The notes beneath the pieces were generated by a model. That model was not told the origin of the DNA. It did no database searches and worked only from the letters and a program-made list of their open reading frames with translations. The translations under genes were made by a program, and so were the position numbers. A DNA stretch of 64,000 nucleotides. Source: Basidiobolus meristosporus CBS 931.73. Lineage: Eukaryota; Fungi; Basidiobolomycota. The stretch lies in NCBI GenBank assembly GCA_002104905.1, contig MCFE01000003.1, positions 186,001 through 250,000 on the forward strand, written 5' to 3'. Shown one piece after another: positions 60,928-64,000 of the stretch. Numbering within the stretch: the stretch's first letter is position 1; each line of letters begins with the position of its first letter.

Positions 60928-61079
60928 CGAGCTTGCTGTCCTCTTGGTGTCTACTATGCTTTGGATCCTTTTCTGCTAGTCTGGAGAAAGACTTTCCGCA
61001 CTATTGCTCTGCTAAGGTTAAAGAAGACTACCGCTGCTAAAGGACTATGTTTATGAGGATATTGCTGTGGAGAAGAAGG

Positions 61080-62400
61080 CCTTGCCTTTAAAAGATGCCT
61101 TCAGTAACTATCCAAGTTAGTTATGAAGAAGAGTCAATCAAACTGGCATGTAATTGTGTCAAGAAATATAGTATGTTGGTGCTCTACCACTACTGAAGAA
61201 AATTGCATAATTCCAGCAATTGAGGGTCCAGATCTACAATGAAATATACTGCAATATGTATTCATATGACCCCAATTGACTGTTAGACGAGCTTTTGGAT
61301 AGGATATTATCCTGAATTGCAAAAGAAAAAAATATAGATCATTATTAATGATTGCCGGAGGAGGATTTTACCAAAAATCTGTTGCCACTCAAAATACAGC
61401 TGAGAATGCAAATACTGGAGCTGTTAGCCGCCATTCTGGACTATCTACTGATGGAAAAAGATCTCAGAAACAAGCTTCCTGAATTGTAAGGATCCCAATG
61501 ATATATGATACATATATATCCACCTGGAGTACAGATATGTACTACACAATCCATTAGAAGAATGCTATAATTGTATCAAGTGTTTTGATACTGAAACCAG
61601 TGTACCAGGAGCTAAATATGGAGCTGTTAGACGTGCTATCACTCTGTTTAAGTCTCAAAACAGTGGGAGAAAGTATTATACAAATTTAGCAAAATCAACT
61701 CATGAAGATTCTACCGCCAGCCAAAGGAGTGAAGCATATAATTGCAAGCCTGATTGGAGTATACAACCAAGCAACAGTTGGTCAGTACACAGCTAAGAGC
61801 CACTCAGAAGATAACACAGTACTTTATACTTGTTATATATATATCACTTATTACAGTGGGAGAAAACACTTGGTGATATTTAACTTCTCTGTATCAGATC
61901 AGAAGAATTTTGATTGATCAAGTCACCGCCAAGTTCTGCAACTCAAAATACTGATATATTGGAGTCTGATACCAAAGTATTGATGAAGCTAGCTATCAAA
62001 TGCAGTTTATTTGATCAAATTTGGTCAACTCTATCAAAAGTTATGAATGATCTAAGTGGATGCCGATTTTGATTATTTCACTCTCAAATAGTCAGATATT
62101 CTGGAACAATGATGTCATGGAGACTCTTGTGCTCAAAAACACCGTGGTCCTACCTGCAAGGAAGTCCAGAACCACCCCACAAAAGGAATTATCCCTGGGT
62201 CATCAGCAGAAAAAGAAAAGAAGAAAAAATGGAAAATACTACTACCGCAAACTAGGGTACATCCCAAATGGTGCCAAAACTTATGTAGGCCATATTTGGA
62301 CTATCTGGCAATGCAGATATGTTCTATGGAGCCTCTTGTACGAAGTTCTCAAGCTAGAAACCCCAGAAGAGCCTTGAAACTTCAACAGGATCTGTTAGAT
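61080..62400 (+). pseudogene. Decayed gag-like coding region
   Basis: Protein-like frames broken by TAA/TAG/TGA readable as C>T mutated Gln/Arg codons; KYYYRKLGYI resembles a degenerate CCHC knuckle (tentative). Confidence 0.45.
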
Positions 62401-63522
62401 ATTGTAGTATATATTGGAACAGATTATTTAGTGCAGAAGTCTTGATGTCTGCTGTCTATGGAGCTGAAAGAAAAAGGTGCAAGGATCAACCAGATGGTTT
62501 TTATGGATCCTGAAGACACTGAGAAGATCAGTTAGCCTTGGAAACCGAGCTCAAGGTTGAAAATAACTATCAGGAGAATAAGGATAATCAAAGCCCTTGT
62601 TAAGGAGAATCTCACTTCTGGAAAAGCGCCAATCTCTATTCTACAAGTATATTCTGATAAGACAAAAGCAGCTGTATCAATCCAAATCAGTAGAAGCACT
62701 CTAAGAATAGCTACCAAACAACCCATGGTGTTGTCCAATACCAAACTGGGTAAATCAAGAAGCAAATGGACTTTGAATCTACCGCATATGAAGTAATCAG
62801 TCCAAAGAAAGTTATTGCTATTTAAAGAAGACAAAGATGACCATTCTAGATCATATTTGTGGATCTGAATCACTAAACAGACGTGGTTCAAGTGGGAGCA
62901 GGCCATCCCAGCTCAGAGTTGAGCAAAAACCTTCTTTTTTTGGCCCATGTTATATGTGCCACAGTGCCAGGAAACAAGGATAATCCGGATCAGGCATAAA
63001 TGACAAAACCTTAACTTGACCCAAAGTAGGTCACTATTTTTTACCTCATATAGCATCTATATGATGGAAGTAACTGTCCCTGAGCCTAATATGGACACAC
63101 AGTGAAGTTGTCTAAATGGATTAGACTGTTGGCCGGAAATAAGGAAACTCCAGATCTGCCGTAAATGACAAAACCTTAACTTGACCAAAAGTGGGTCAAT
63201 TTTGCTCAAATAAGAAGCATTGGATAGCCCAGAGGCTATATACCATTATTACGATCTGTCAATTAGACTCAGCTTATTATTCAAGCCCGTACAACTGATC
63301 AAAGTTGATGATTAGTATTATGATCAGATCATTCAGATTTTTAGGCATATTACTAAGTAGATATGCATACTGAATTCCAAGTTACTTGTTCTATTAAGTT
63401 GAACACAAATGCATACACCTTTGGATAATATATTAGTCCAGTATGCAAAACAGTTAAATCTTATACGCTTATTACAGATTGCACACTCACAATATGTATT
63501 TATTACTCATGAATATTTTGTT

Positions 63523-63531
63523 GAGTGGGAG
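63523..63531 (+). other. Polypurine tract GAGTGGGAG
   Basis: Immediately 5' of the second LTR and absent before the first. Confidence 0.7.
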
Positions 63532-63880
63532 TGTTGTAATTATTGAATTGTCACCTAAATATTCATGCTAACTTAGTCACATAGATCTTATTCTGTGATT
63601 AGCATTCTGTCCTGACTAGATTTCTTGTCGGGATTTACTTAGAATATTTTCACCAAATTATCAGGTACCCAGATTATTATTTTTCTCAAAGTCGTCCAAA
63701 AGACCCCAAACTTTGCACACATATTCTTGGGACCTTCCTTAACAAACTCTACACGTTTGTTTCCTCTACTTTATCAAAAGTATAAATACCATACTTTTGA
63801 TCAATAAATCTACAAGTGAATAACATGTAAATCTTCTAGTTCTCCACATCACTTCCAATACTCCTCAGAATATTGCAACA
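63532..63880 (+). repeat. Second (shared) LTR (349 bp)
   Basis: Direct repeat of 60567-60915, followed by PBS and the same internal sequence to the window end. Confidence 0.92.
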
Positions 63881-64000
63881 GGTTATGAGCCCCGAGCTTG
63901 CTGTCCTCTTGGTGTCTACTATGCTTTGGATCCTTTTCTGCTAGTCTGGAGAAAGACTTTCCGCACTATTGCTCTGCTAAGGTTAAAGAAGACTACCGCT

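Larger units (their letters stand above)
60567..64000 (+). mobile_element. Non-autonomous Ty1/copia (Ty5/hemivirus-type) LTR retrotransposon, tandem with a second copy running off the window
   Basis: Two 349-bp LTRs, each followed by the PBS; PPT before the second LTR; 2616-bp internal region with stop-ridden frames. Confidence 0.88.

Noticed and set aside
1-64000. CRISPR arrays, rRNA or tRNA genes
   Set aside because: None seen; the repeats are gene duplications, microsatellites, LTRs and inverted repeats

Overview
Intron-rich eukaryotic DNA (short GT-AG introns) from a fungus, most likely an early-diverging zygomycete-grade lineage (inference from gene content). (1) 223-18661: an array of 12 intronless genes for an unrecognised small 4-TM membrane protein family. 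They form six head-to-head pairs, each with one subfamily-A and one subfamily-B gene around a ~1.1 kb bidirectional promoter. Five pairs are near-identical tandem copies and the sixth is older, diverged and inverted. The first spacer carries a degenerate foldback element with a copia-type solo LTR inside it. (2) 19.5-60 kb: mostly housekeeping genes, nearly all in divergent pairs: a small secreted peptide, URI1/BUD27, RAD1 (9-1-1), a Psh1-like RING E3, mug70-like CBS/PB1, GH15, a LisH/LUFS transcription factor, SEC16, MTG2 with a very long N-terminal extension, ATG12, an apparent FANCA orthologue, a cold-shock-domain protein, GDA1 and an S8 protease. A 229-bp near-perfect inverted-repeat element lies at 25.6-26.4 kb. 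(3) 60567-64000: a CpG-depleted, non-autonomous copia/Ty5-type LTR element (half-tRNAiMet PBS) in tandem with a second copy through a shared LTR. Top leads: the paired A/B 4-TM cassette system and the fungal FANCA-like gene. All homology calls come from motif recognition and memory; no searches were run, and exon boundaries were read by hand.
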